From Camelus ferus (Eukaryota): a stretch of 64,000 nucleotides of DNA. Positions 1 through 13,800 of this stretch are shown here, in pieces; the stretch's first letter is position 1; each line of letters opens with the position of its first letter. The notes beneath the pieces are model-generated. The model was not told the origin of the DNA and searched no databases. It was given only the letters and a program-made list of their open reading frames with translations. The stretch covers positions 93,622,001-93,686,000 of the forward strand of contig NC_045696.1 in assembly GCF_009834535.1 (NCBI RefSeq), read 5' to 3'. A program made the translations under genes and the position numbers.

Positions 1-184
1 AGGGAGTTCCGTGGGAACCCTTTTATAGGGAATACTAATCCCATTTATGAGGACTCAGCCTTCATTTTATGACCTAATAGCCTCTCAAAGGCCCAACTTA
101 CTAATACCATCCCTTCTAAGGGGTAGGATCTCTCAACATATGAATTGTTGGGGGTGGTGGGGAAGATACAAACAGACCATAGCA
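1..184 (-). mobile_element. MaLR LTR fragment (MLT1A/MST-like), truncated by the window start
   Basis: Contains 'actaatcccatttatgagg...atgacctaat...caacatatgaatt...gggg...acaaacagaccatagca', the reverse complement of a typical MLT1A 5' end (TGCTATGG). Confidence 0.75.
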
Positions 185-1949
185 CTAGTGATTCCATAAC
201 CATGGATTAGAAAGGGTTTGGGGAGCACACAGGTAAAGGGATGAGAGACTAAGGAGAAAAAACATGAACTGTTCACAGTTAATAAGTATTTAAATTACCA
301 TGCAAATAATTACATATGTTTCTCTTTTACAACCTCTCCTCCAAATGGTTGCCATGTAAACTGAGATTTAGAAGACTGAAGCCCTTGACATCCACAATGT
401 TTATTGGTTAAGACTATGCATTTTAGTCATTCAGTTCAAGATAGTGTCAAACTCATTCAAACAGCGGCTGGCAACTGTCCTTGGAGCTGCTGTCCTTGAA
501 GTCACCAGTTAGAGAAGGCTTGCAAAAGCAGGCCCTGAAAATTTAATAGAAGTACACAATTTCCCAGTGATTATGGTACAATAGTTACAATATTTTTTCT
601 ACATTTGAATAAAAGAATCACAGTAAGTCAAGGATAAAGTAAGTTTTGCACAGAGTTATCAAAATATGTATGCTTATGTGTGTGTGTCTACATATATATG
701 AAAGTAGAAAAAAATCCTTCCATAAATGTGGAATCAAGAGGAAGAGTTACAGTGGGACATGACCGAGAGATTAAAATAAATTCTATTATTTAATATCTTG
801 CCAACTGGGGCTTTGGGCCCTATTTTAATCATTAACTGAGGTTTAAAATGTGACTTATCTCCAATCCACTCCTAAACTAATTTACCAAGGGATAAATTCC
901 TGCATTATGTTCTACTTATTTTTCTCCTTTACTTTGTATAGCCAGTATCTAAGTTCTACTGCTTCTGCAGACAGAGCATTTTCCAAGTCCATTAAGGTTT
1001 TCTGCAGAACTCATAGGCCCCTGACTGAGTTGAAACTTTTACCACAGAATCAAGGATTCTTAGTATTTCAAGGACATAAAATGGACATAAAATCAACCCG
1101 GAGTTAAATTTCCTTCCAGACTAGAGTGTCCCTGACTGACAGCCACCCTGTCTCAGCAGAAACAATTGCAAGGAAAGGAGAGAGGGAGCAAGATCTAGTT
1201 CATGTGCAGCCTATGTTGCCTGCTAACTGGATGACTATGAAATAATCACAACTATTCACTCATCAAATAAAAATAAAAACATCATTATCCATTTATATAG
1301 ACCCTTATGTAAAACTCTATAACTTCTGAAAAACCTGCAAAACGTGCTATTACAATTTAATTCATTCTTTATTATTTCACCAGTCAAGCTCCTCCACTTC
1401 TATTTATTTCTGCTTATTACAAGTCTCCCTTCCTCCTTTAGAAAGAGCCAAAGGTCCTTCCCTGATGTGCAACCTTAAACGACAGAACAGTCTACTGGTA
1501 TTTTTGCCCCCGAAAGTTATGGGGTTAGATGGATGGCTGTGTCAGCAAGATCAGGCACAGCTACAGCATCAGAAAGGAACAACATCTATTAGATAATAAC
1601 AAGCTGTTATTTTAAAATCTTGATGGAACATTACTGATGGTGCTAATAACAATCTCTTAGTTCTTGGTTTCTTCCAGCCAAGGCATATACTTCTTAAGAT
1701 TAAATATACAAGTTTGAGGTATGGTATAATAAAACTGCCACTTTAAAAGGGGCCCAGAGAGCTAAATCTTAGACTGCTCAGTTGTGGGCTGCTCAAACTT
1801 CACAATATCCCATTTTTCATAAAGTTAGGATGCACATATGGTAGATTCTAATTTCATATCCTTTATTTGCTGCCATAAACTGGTTTGGTAGATCTACAAT
1901 ACCAGACTGGTGGTGATTTTCTTACCCAAACACCAAATCCTGGCATTCC

Positions 1950-2156
1950 ACTTAGCTGCATGTATACACACCTTCCTCCATAAGGCCTTCCCCATTCTAC
2001 ATCCCTATTCTCACCTCTCCCTGCACTTCCACGCTAGGATTTTCACACCTGTTACAGCACAGACATTGTCTCGCACCGCAGTAAGCCACTTTCTTGCCTA
2101 TCTTTCCCAATGAGTCATAATCCTTAGAGACCTGATAACCTGATGAATGAATGAGG
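1950..2156 (+). mobile_element. degraded L2 3' end
   Basis: Pyrimidine-rich body ('aaggccttccccattctaca') ends in 'tgatgaatgaatgag', the L2 terminal (TGAA)n. Confidence 0.45.
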
Positions 2157-5100
2157 TAAAGAACAAAGGAATCATTTAACAAATGACAATAGGAAGAATA
2201 CTTCTGGTTTTCCCTCTGTTGTGTTTTATTTTTAGTACTTTCTGTGTTTTCCAAATAGGAGACTATTCCTGATCCTGACTGATCAATCAAGAGATCTACA
2301 TTTATTTATTGTCATTTTAATTTTACTTTAAAATAACATTTCAGTACAAATTCAAACTCAGAAAAAGCCTAAGGTTATAGATGTGCATATAAATGAAATA
2401 ATCACTTGACTATTTCAAGTGATTATTCAAGATGTTGACAGTAGGAAAGTGACCATTGTTTCTAGAAATGGCGGGCTGTTGAAGAGAGAAACCCTAGTGC
2501 CACATTTATCAGTGAGACGTTATGAAAATCCAAAGGATACATGTAATGAATAAGCCTGAACTATCTATTTAATTAAAGATTTTGAGAAAAAAATTCATAT
2601 TTATAATCTAGTAAATATGGAAAGATTATATGTTTATATACAATGTTTGCAATAAAATAAACATGTATAATAGAAAGAAATTTTCACATTTTAAAATATA
2701 AAATATAAAAATATTGCAATTATGACAGTCCTTTCAGCCTAAGCTTCCAGCCCCTGGGGACCTTTGTTCATTCTTCTGTATTTCTGGAGCACTGGTAGAA
2801 AACTGTAGTCTATAATATAGGGAATGAAAAAGGTTGTAAGAGCAAACAGAAGACAAGTAATTGATACATGCAAGTAAGCTGATATATGATTACACAAAAG
2901 ATGATTTTATTCCTCTTTCTTATCTGTTTGTGGTCCCTCTTAATGATATGTTTTCCCTCACTATAATGCAGGCACTGGCCAGGCAATGAAAGTACAAAGA
3001 TAAATGGAATGTGGCTGCTTGCCTGGAGGAGTTTTCTGACGAGTCAGTGGTGATGGGCATGCACCCAAGTGTCACAGGGGTTATGATGCAGTGAGGCTCA
3101 AGAAACAGAGCAGTCAGAACAGTCTTCCTGAAGCAAATTTCCATGCATTATACTTTGGGATTTTAAAATTGAGCAAATTGGAGAAAACATGAATTCTAAA
3201 GTAAGCCCCAGAGAAATCTTTTCCGAGTTCTCAACACTTTCTGTGTATAAATATTCAGTAGTTGATCTGTTACAGATAGGATTCTGTAAATAAATTCAGA
3301 CATGACCTTCATTTGCTGTGTGCTGTGTGCTGTGGCAGGAATAACTAAGCTCCTATAGCCACTGAGAGCCCCTAGTTCCAATTCTAACAGCAACACCGGC
3401 TTCTTGGAAAAGCCAGAGACCACTGACAGAAGGGATTTTGAATTCTTTTCTATTTCTTTTAAAGCCATGACAACCATGAAACAATTGTAGAAATAGAAGG
3501 TTTTGAATTCTTGACATATTTTTGTCTTGACAGAATATTTGTCTTGACAACAGAATTTTCACATTAAAAAACTCTTATAAAATTCAATATGTTGAAAGGG
3601 AAAGTCAACATTTTACTTAATATTATACTCAAGATATTATGAATCTGAAGTAGCCACAGGACCCTCTGTCAGGGACTCACTGAATAATTTCAAGTTGAAT
3701 AGGATTTTTTTAAACATGCCTTGTTATTTTGAAGGTATTTATAATAATTTTCAATAAAACCATCATTCATTCATTCAGACATTGAGAAATGTCATGAGTT
3801 TTTCTAGATTTTATTCCTTGATATGAGCCATGAATAAGACTAATCACTACATTTTTAATAGATTTTTACTTCACTGGAAATAATATCTGGATATTTCATT
3901 CCTTGATTTTTATAGACCATGGACAATGGCCTCAAAACAGATCCATGAGTTACTTAAAGACAGTTTTGAGGATTCACTGATCTATTTAAAAGCAGCAGTA
4001 TTATGCTTTCATGATTAAAACTAAAAAATGAAATAAATTTCTTTTTGTACGTCTTTTCTCTAGGATTTAATAACTTACTGTTTAATATTAGTTCAGTGAC
4101 CTTTCTGGTCATATTTATTCACATCTGAAGGAGGATAAGAGTGAATTCTTTAACAGAGTGAAAAAGCAAAATTAATTTATCTTTGAAAAAAAAAAAGCAC
4201 ATTTGTCTTTGCGTTTTCTTATTAATAGCCAAAACGTATGCATGTCATTTAGCTCCAAAATGGAATTATATATTGTTCAGAGCACCATGTACAAAGATTT
4301 TGTTATTATTAATGATTTTGACATCACAAAGATTAATATATTATTACTGGAAAATCAATTGCTTGAAATAAGTTTAGAAAATGATTCAGTTGAAAGATGA
4401 TTGAGACTGCATCTAAATAAAACATTTAAGTACTAGTGAAGCATGAATCATAACTTTTAGGTCAAAATGTATTGTTTTACATTTCCCACATACTCTCTAA
4501 CAACAAGATCAGCTGTAGAAATGAATTAGTGGAAGTTTTATCTCTATATTTAGTATTGTCCAACATTGAAAAATTTAGATTCTAATATTAACATGTTCAT
4601 AGGAACTTTCCAAATCTTAACTGAAGAAAGACTGTCAAATCTAGGCTTTTGCATTTGCTGATTTCATTGGAAGCATCAGCCATTAGGACACTGTTTTCGA
4701 CAGACTGATCAAAGCACTTGCTTATAACACCAATAGTTTATTTTGTGTTTCTTTCATTATTATAGAGCTTTTCTGCTCTGCTTCCTCATTACAACTGTCG
4801 TCCTTAAACATGACCAGTAATATCCATATGTATGCCATTGGTCATAAGCTAAATCTATGACAAAGCTTTACAAGAAAATCAACTCAAGACTGATGGCCTC
4901 CTGACAAGAGTTTCCTAAATCATAAATTCCTGCCAGGGAGGAACATTGTTGCCTTTTTGGTTGAATCCCCTACACCTAGCACATAGTTTTGATAAACAGA
5001 TGTTTGTAGAATAAAACTTAAACACTGGTTAGCCATATTAACATAAAATACAAAGAATATCCCAAGTTCTAAAGTTAAGGTCACTGCTACTTACCCTTCT

Positions 5101-5809
5101 TCTGAATTTCTATAGCACTTGTCTAGAAAGCACGTATGAAACTTTATACTGCCTTATATGAGATACTTTTTTTTCTTTTCTTCTATTTCCTTTTTCCTTC
5201 CTTTTTAAATCTGATATATGCCATCTTAAACAGGCTGTAAACACCTGGAGAACAAGATCTCTGGTATATATTTCTTTAACTTCCCAAATGTTCTTATAAA
5301 CAAATTTTAAGAAATAAATTCAGATTGAAACATAAAGTACTACTTTCTTCCCAAAGTATACTTATTCTTTTATAATATTCATAGTTTTATTAATGAATAT
5401 AAACACTTATGATAAGGGCAGTCTATTAACTAAATCCACTGAATTCACATATATATTAAGATAAGATTAATCAGGTTCTGATAATTCTAAAGATATTTGG
5501 GGATAGATAATTTTTTTAAAAAAATTCTTGTAGCATAGTGACATAAATATTAATGTTCCCTTCCACACTCAACTTTAAGCTATATGTCTTTCCTGGGCAA
5601 ATGCCTTCTGGGATCTACAGGTTTAAGTGAGACTTTGAGCTCACTCTGGCATCAGGAACTAGTGTGGGATTTTATCCAAGCATCAGACCAAGGACAAAGA
5701 ATGGAAAGCAACGGGTACTAGGAAGACCCTGCCATTCAGAGTTCCCAAGGCAAAGTTACCAGCAGCCTCTTATGACTGTGGTAGTGCTCCTGACCATAGA
5801 AAGACCAAT

Positions 5810-5874
5810 AAAGAGTTAATGGGAAATTGTGTTTCTAAAAAAAAGAAAGAAAGAAAAGAAAAGAGTTAATGGGA
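5810..5874 (+). mobile_element. micro-retroinsertion: 12 nt plus A-rich tail between 15-bp TSDs
   Basis: AAAGAGTTAATGGGA occurs at 5810-5824 and 5860-5874. These copies flank AATTGTGTTTCT plus A8(GAAA)-type tail. Confidence 0.85.
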
Positions 5875-6988
5875 GAAGTAAATTTTACCTGCAGTTGAGG
5901 TTTGGAGGAATATAATAATCAAAGAGCCTTTTCCAGGTGCCTCAACAGGCCATTGCCAGCCTGCCTACCCCTAACGGAAGCTCACAGGGATGGAAACCAC
6001 TCATCCACATCCCACTGCCTCTGGAACTCCCAGTTTTAAATATCCCCATAGACAGACCTGAGCTGTAATGAGTCAACAAAGAAAAATTATCTCTAAAAGA
6101 GACCATCAGCCAAAAGAATCACAGAACAAATTCCCAATGAAACAGAAATGCTGGAGGAGAGAAGGTAATCCTGAATTTAAAAAAAATAATAAGAGCTCCA
6201 AAAGGCATTCCAAAATTTGAGCACTTCTCACTACCTCTGCTGCAGCTACCATACCCCATGTCACCATCCTCTCTTGTCAGTGTCATTACAGTATCTCCTA
6301 TTCTCTCTTTATTGTCACTTTCTCACACAGAAGTTAGATTTTTCTATTGAAAAAGCAAGTCAGAGAGGAGGCATTGTGGAAGATTTTGGCAGCAGAGGCT
6401 TGGTTTATGAATCTCCTAAGACCCATCATAAAAACAGAGAGAGAAACTAGGAAAGTGAAAACAAAGACACACAGATAACACCTACAACAAAATGAGGTGA
6501 CAAGATATCCACAAATCACAAAATATATGGACGTGATAAACCACTGAAATCCATGTGGTATCAGCATTTGTGTGGGAGGAAGTGGAGAGAAGGCACATAG
6601 GCTTCTGTTAGTCCTGAGCATGAAAGCCTCACAATCGTGTATAAGTACCCTCTGGGAAGAGCAATGGACTGATCTAAGAGTCACAGTGGAAACTTTTTCA
6701 GTTCACAGTGAGTGAAGAAAATTATAATGGACTATACTTTAATGGTGCTGGAACAGTCTGGGCCTTATCAACTCTTAAAACTGACACATCAAAACTTCCT
6801 TTTAAGAGAAAACCCTATGCTATAGAAAAATTGCTTTTAGTAGGACATAAATTGAATAAGACAGGGAAATATGGACAAAGAAAGAGATTCATATAACACT
6901 GTAGGAGGGAAACAAAGGAGGTAGATTTCTGAAAGTATGAGGCCGTATTTCAATCACTTTGCAAAAATGACAGAAGGAATATTTTAAC

Positions 6989-7197
6989 AAGGGGTCAGCA
7001 AACTACAGCCCAAGGCCAAGTATATCCTGTAGCCTGTTTTTCTACATTCCTACAAGGTAAGAATGGGAAGAAGAGGAAGATGAAGGAGGAGGAGGGGAGA
7101 AAGGAGAAGGAGAAGGAGGAGACAAAGGCCTCCGTAGCCAGCAAAGCATAGTATATTTACTGTTTGGCCCTTTATATAAAACGTTTGCCAACCCCTG
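6989..7197 (+). mobile_element. MER58-like hAT-Charlie MITE with a GA-rich low-complexity centre
   Basis: Inverted termini 'aaggggtcagcaaactacagccc' and 'gtttgccaacccctg'. Contains the MER58 motif 'atatttactgtttggcccttta'. Confidence 0.75.
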
Positions 7198-7299
7198 CTC
7201 TAGAAGAATGGAGCTAGAAATATTATGTTGAATAGTCTTTCTCCTAAAAGTAGATGAAAGCTCATTTCGTGTAAAAGATAAACAATATGAAAGAATCAA

Positions 7300-8660
7300 G
7301 GTAAAGCAGTTATGAGAAAAAAAAGAATAAGGAACAGAATGTTTCTACATACACACTCACAAAATACATGAAAACTATAAGTAAATCTATAACTTAATAT
7401 TTCAAAATGAGAATAAAGTTTTTAAAATTATCAAAGTTATAAAAGAACAATATAGACCAGAATTTTCAAAAGTCAAAGTGATTAAAGAGAAAATTTGAAA
7501 AGAGAGATGACAGACTCTGGGAAAAACTGGGAATGAACCAAAATCGTTTCATAAATGAAGACTAAGAATGAACACAATAGTGGGTAAATACAACATATTG
7601 AATTATCAGAGGGTTATTTAAGAATTATTATAGAAAATGAAGGTACAAGACATATGGACATTATAGCACACAGTAAAAATTCTAACATTACTATAATTGG
7701 AGTCCCAGAAATTAATAGTGCAGAGATAAGTTTTGAAGATACAATGGCTGAGAATTTTCTTAAATTGATGAGCAACATCAAGCCACAAATTCAATAAGAC
7801 CTGGGAAAGAAAAATAAAATAAAGAAAATAATTTCTAGGTTAATCATAGGAAACCTGCTGAAAACTCCCAAAGAAAAAGAGAAATAGCTTAGAAGCAGCC
7901 AGAGGAAAAAAATCATGCCTATTACTCTCAAAGAAGCAATAGTAAGATTGACCGGTGAATTTTCAAAGAAAACTATAGAAGCCAGAAGACAATGACATGA
8001 CATTTAAGTTGCTGAAAGAAAAATAACTCCAACTTAGGATTCTATAAACAGTAAAAATATTCTTCAAAAGTGAAGGTGAAATAAAGATATTTTCAGATGC
8101 ACCAAATCTTAGAGAATTAGTCATCAACAAACTGGCACTAAAAGAAATACTAAAGTAAGTTCTTTGTTCAGAAACAAAATGATCCTAGGCAAAGGAATGA
8201 AGGAGAAAATATAGAGCAGCATAAAAGATAAATAAACATGTAAGTAATTTTATATCAATACTAATAAATTTTTACGAGATATAAAATGTATGCAGAATAA
8301 AAATGCATGAAACTATAACACCAAAAGAGGCCAGTGGGATAAATAGATTTTTTAAAGAGTTTTTAAGTTGCTAAGATAGTCAGAAAAATGGTAGAAAAAA
8401 TAAATTACATTAGTCTGAAACAAGTCAAGGATGCACAGAGAAAAGTTTATGCTAACAACTAAAGGAAAAGGAAAAGCGTGTATAACTGACAAGTTAACAG
8501 AGGAGGTAACCAAATAGTAAAATATATTTAATTATTCAAAAAAGATTGAAGAAAGTAGTTATAATGAAACATAAAGCAAGTGGGTCATATAGAAATCAAA
8601 AAGCAAAATCAAAGATACAAACCCAAAAAAGATCAAAACTATACTAAATGTAAATTACAT
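7300..8660 (+). mobile_element. old L1M fragment(s), ORF1 to ORF2 start
   Basis: ORF1-type motifs 'ataattggagtcccagaa', 'atggctgagaattttct', 'gaagccagaagacaatga', 'aaagtgaaggtgaaataaagatattttcagat'. Ends near 'taaatgtaaat' at the ORF2 start. Confidence 0.8.
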
Positions 8661-8664
8661 GCTT

Positions 8665-9700
8665 CTTTGCTTTACTAAATTTTAATGAATGTTAGTAGTT
8701 ATTTTCACTGCCTGGACAATGAAAAGAACATAGAACCCTTTAACTCCATTTGCGCTCACCTCAACTGCCTTTGGTACTACTGTTGTATATTTCAGTGACG
8801 TGTGTGTGTGTGTGTGTGTGTGTGTTTCAAATAGTTAATATTTATTTTTTAATTTTAAGTAGTTAACATTCATTAGATTTACCCCCATTTCTTTCAGTAT
8901 CTCCTGAGATCATTTTTTTTCTGCCTGAAGAACATCCTTTAATAGTTACATAACGTATGTTTTCTGATGATGAATTCTCTGGGGTTTTTTTCTGAAAATA
9001 TTGTATATCACCTTTATCCTTAAAGACTTTTCACGTGTAGAATTCTAGGTTCATAGTTATTATCCATCAACACTGGGAGATATCAATTCACTCTGTGAGT
9101 TTTGTTTTTTTTTTTTCTGTTGAGATGTCAACTGCCAGTCTTATCATTGTTCCTTTGAAGGTTATGTACTAATTTTTTCCAAATGCTTTTAAGATTTTCC
9201 CTTTAATTTGAGTTTTGAGCAGTTTTACCATGATGGTGTGATTTTTCTCTGCATTCATTCTTGTGAAAATTCACAGGGATTCTTTGAATCTGTCACTTGG
9301 AAATTAACTCTACAAATACTTTTTGTCACATTCTTTCTTCTTTCTCCTGTGGAACTTCTAATTTATATAAGTTACATCATTTTACCATACCACTTACAGT
9401 ATTTTCTGTATATTTTATTCTTTATATATCTATAATCCAGGCTGGATATTTCCTCAGACTCATCTAGTTCACAAATTCTCTGTTCAGATATGTTAAATCT
9501 TCTGTTAAGCCTAACTCTTGATTTCTTAATTTTAATTATTGTATCTTTAAAATTAGATTTTCTTATAATTTTAATAGTTTTTAAATCTCTTTAATTTTTT
9601 TTTATTTTGTCATTATTTTCCTTAATATATTAAAAGAAGCTATTTTAAAGTGAGTGCCTGTGAATTCCAGTATCTCCATCTCCTGTGAATCTGTTCTGAT
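8665..9700 (-). mobile_element. old L1M fragment, ORF1 region, antisense
   Basis: Reverse-complement ORF1 motifs 'tagaattctaggtt', 'ctgttgagatgtcaactgccagtctta', 'ttttaagattttccc', 'ctcatctagttcacaaattctctgttcag'. Confidence 0.75.
8800..8825. repeat. (GT)13 microsatellite
   Basis: Perfect GT run read directly. Confidence 0.95.
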
Positions 9701-10591
9701 ATTTGTTTTAAGATAAGAATTTAAATATGTATGCGAGTGTATATATATATGTATATATATACACACATCAAATATAAGTTGTATGAGATAAGAATTTGCA
9801 TATATATAAAACAAAACCAGAAATATATAGTCTTGACTTTGTGTATGCATAGTTATTTTTTTATTGACTGCTTGATGTTAGCTAAAATTAAAATGGAGAA
9901 AATTCGAAGTTCTGAGGGATGTTATCTTCTACCAGAGAATATTACTTTTGCTTCTGGGAGGCAGTTGGGATAGAAGCAGCACCTTAATTCACTAAGGCAT
10001 TGAGTTGTTTCAAGGCTGGGATTCAGTCACTGCTAGGATTTTCTTCTTTTATTCACCCTTATTCCTTTAGAAATTAGAAGCCTATATGTTATTAGAACCT
10101 CACCTTTTTGGGAGTCCTAAAGTTCATTTTTGTTTTATTTTAAACTTCTATTTGGGAATGCCAGAAGCTCTTGAACTGTTTAACCTCTTAACTACTGGTC
10201 ATAGTTAAAGATGTTAAAAAAATATTTTAATGCATTGTTGAGCTCACAATTATGAAATTAAAAACTACAAATGACAGAAATAAAGCCAGAACAGATAGGC
10301 AGAGGCATAAAAACATGAGATGTTGTTGCTCTTAATCAGTCCAATAAAACAGAGACTGGGTTTTAATGTCCACCTGAGGCAGGCAACAAGGACTATAATT
10401 CTTAAAAAATAAGAAATTGAAAATGGGGACTCCCCATAAAGCCTGGACTGCTCAATAAAAAAAATAGACTATATAAAAATCCATTTACTGTAAGTAAAAT
10501 ACAAAAAATCTCATCTATCTCTATGGAAGCTCTGAGCAGTAAAAAAAAAAAAAAAAAAGCATCTCCTAAAAATCAAACTCCTGGCTGAGAA

Positions 10592-10770
10592 ATAATTGAG
10601 AATATTTGACATACATCACCATGTAAGTTTAAGGTGTACATCGTGATGGTTTCATTTTCATATATTGTGAGATGACTACCACAATAGGTTTAATTAACAT
10701 CCATCATCTCATATAGATACAATTTTAAAAAAAGAAAAAGTTCCCCTGGTGATGAGAGCTTTTAGGAGCT
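10592..10770 (-). mobile_element. L1MA-type 3' tail fragment
   Basis: 'tgtaagtttaaggtgtacatcgtgatg...catatattgtgagatgactaccacaatag...aacatccatcatctcatatag...gtgatgagagcttttagga' is the reverse of an L1MA9-like 3' end. Confidence 0.8.
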
Positions 10771-10839
10771 CTTTAATGTTTTATTTTTTAAATTTAATCC
10801 AAACTGATTAATGATAGATTCAATTTTTTTTCACTTTAA

Positions 10840-13800
10840 GTGTAATGTCATGAAAACTAAAGAAATTTGGTACTCATCAAAATTAGAAAAAGAGTAATAA
10901 ATCAAAAAACTATAGTAAAGATGAAATCAATAAGAGGGATCCCAAAATTATTTTTAAATGGAAAGAATAAATAAATTCAAAGATGGTTCTTTGACAAATT
11001 AATGATTAATCTGATCAAGAAAAACAAAAGAGGCAAACACACATATGAGTTTATAAACAACAATGGTGACATAACCACAGAGAACTGAAAATGAAAATAA
11101 TTATCAGAAAACATAGTACATAGGTAGTGTGCCCAAGATGGCAGATTAAAAGACCCTGAGCTCACCTCTTCCCACAGGCACATCAAAATTACAACTATTT
11201 ATAGTACAACTGTCTATGAGAATAACCTGAAGACTACCAGGAAAGATTTTCCACAATTAAACACATAAAGAAGGAACCACAGTAAGATAGGTAGGAGGGG
11301 TGGAGACATGGTATAGTCAAGACCCTATCCCTATGTAAGCAACCCACAAATGGGAAGATAACCACATTTACAGAGATTCTCCCTAAGGAGTGAGGGGTCT
11401 GAGCCCCATAGCAGGCTTCCCAGGTGCAACATGGGGTTCTGCACCAAGAAGACCCCAGAACATCTGAAGTTGAAGGTGAGCAGGGCTCGTGTACAGGAAA
11501 GCTGGAGGATAGTAGAAAACAGAGACTCCCCTCTTAAAGGGCTCATGCAAAATTTCACACACTCCAAGACCTAGTGCAGAGGCAGTAATCTGAAAGGAAA
11601 CTAAGTCAGACACACTTGGTGATGTTGGAGAACATTCTGAAGAAGCAAGAGGTAACTGGGACTCCTCCTGGAAACACAGACAGTGGCGGCAGCAATTTGG
11701 GGGAGTTTGTTCTGTAACAAGGACACTGGTACTGGCAAGACACGTTCTGGAGTCCTCCCTTTAGTCAATTACTGCTGGGGGCTTACCCACCCACCAGTGG
11801 GCTGGCACCAGTCCTGAGATCTCTGGGCTCAATAGCCAGCCATACTAAGATCACCTTTGGCCATGCAGCCAGCCATGCCAGGACCCTGCCCTATCCACCA
11901 GCAGGCCAGCAACAGCCCTGGAACACCCCTAAAGTACCATAATTAGATGCATCAAGACTTGACCCCACACACCTGTGAACCAGCAGCTATCACATGACAC
12001 AGGGCCTAGCAGTCAACCAGGCTGCAGTTCCTTTCTATTTATTGTCTCTGCAGAGATCCCAGGACCTGGCTTTGCACAGTAGTGAGCCGGCACTAGCCCT
12101 GGGACCACCTAAGCCCTGGCCCCAACAATCAGAAATCAGTGGTTTCTGCACAAGGCAGGGCCAGGCAATCCATCAGACTAGGGGACAGCCACACCTACCA
12201 GACCATTCACAGTAGTCATCCCACCATAACACAAGGACTCACACAGTCCACATAGGGGACACCTCTAGAGCATATACTTCTGGTGACCAGATGGAGGTGT
12301 GCTGCTGGTCAACATAGGACCTCCCCTACAAAAGGCCACTTCTTCAAGATTGGGAAATGTAACCAACTTTTTAGATACATAAAAATAGAAAGAGCAAAAT
12401 AGGCAAAATGGGGCCACAGAAGAACACATTCCAAATGAGGGAACAAGACAAAACCCCAGAAGAAGTAGTTAAGTAGAGATGGCAATCTACCAATATAGAA
12501 TTCAAGGTAGTGAATGTAAAGATGATCAAAGAACTCAAAAGAATGGGTGAACAGTGTAAGAAGTTAGAAGTTTTTATTAAAGAGTTAGAAAATATGAAGA
12601 AGACCCAGAGATGAAGAATGTAACTGTAATGAAAAATACACTAGAAGGGATCAACAGACTAAATTATGCAGAGAAGTGAATCAGTGAGCTGACAGACAGA
12701 ACAGTGGAAATCACGGCAGCTGAATAGAAAAAAAAGGAAAAAGAGTAAAAATAAATGATGACAATTTCAGAGACCTTTAGGAAAACATCAAGTCTACTAA
12801 CATTCACATAATAGGGGTCCCAGGAGGAAAAGAGAGAGAGAAAGGGGCAGAGAACATATTTGAAGACATGATAACTATAAACTTTCCTAATCTGGGAAAG
12901 GAAACAGACATCTAGGCCCAGGAAACACAGAAGTTCCCAAAGAGGACCACCAAGACACATTTTAATTAAAATGGGAAAAATTAAAGATAAAGAGAGAATC
13001 TAAAAAGCAGCAAGAGAAAAGCAACCAGTTACATACAAAGGAGCTCCCACAAGGCTGTCAGTTGACTTTTCAGCAGAAACACTACAGGCTGAAAATAAAT
13101 GGTACAATAAATCTAAAGTGATAAAAGGGAAAAATTATAGCCAAGAATACTCTAATTGACAAGGCTCTCATTCAAATTTAATGGAGAAATCATAAGTTTC
13201 ACAGATGAGCAAAAGCTACAAGGGTCCAGCACTACCAAACTAGATATACAAGAAATTTTAAAGGGACTTCTCTAAGGGAAAAAGAAAAGGCACAACTAAA
13301 AACATGAAAATTGTAAAAGGAAAAAGCTCATCAGTAAAAGCAAATATACAGTAAAGGTAGTAAATTAACCATGTACAAAGCTAGTAGAAAGATTAAAAGA
13401 CAAAAGTGGTAAAATCATCTATATCTACAGTAAGAAGTTAAGGGATACACAAAACAAAAAGATGTAAAATATGATGTCAAAAATAGCAATCTTGGGAGGA
13501 GGGGAGTAAAAATGCAGGGTTGTTAAAATGCATTTGAAATGAAAAGATCAGCAACTTAAAGTAATCATATATATAGATATAGATAGATTGCTATGTATAA
13601 ACCTCATGGTAACCAAAAACAAAAATCAATAGATACACATGCGAAAAAGAGAAAGGAATCCAAACATAACACTCAAGATACTCACCTAAATGCAAGGGAA
13701 TAGAACAAAATAAGAAGAACAAAAATGAACTATAAAAACAACCCATAACCAATGAACAAAATGGTAATAAGAACATACATATTGACAATTGCTTTAAATG

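Noticed and set aside
3196..3477. 93-aa minus-strand ORF in unique DNA
   Set aside because: No recognisable homology and no convincing splice sites.
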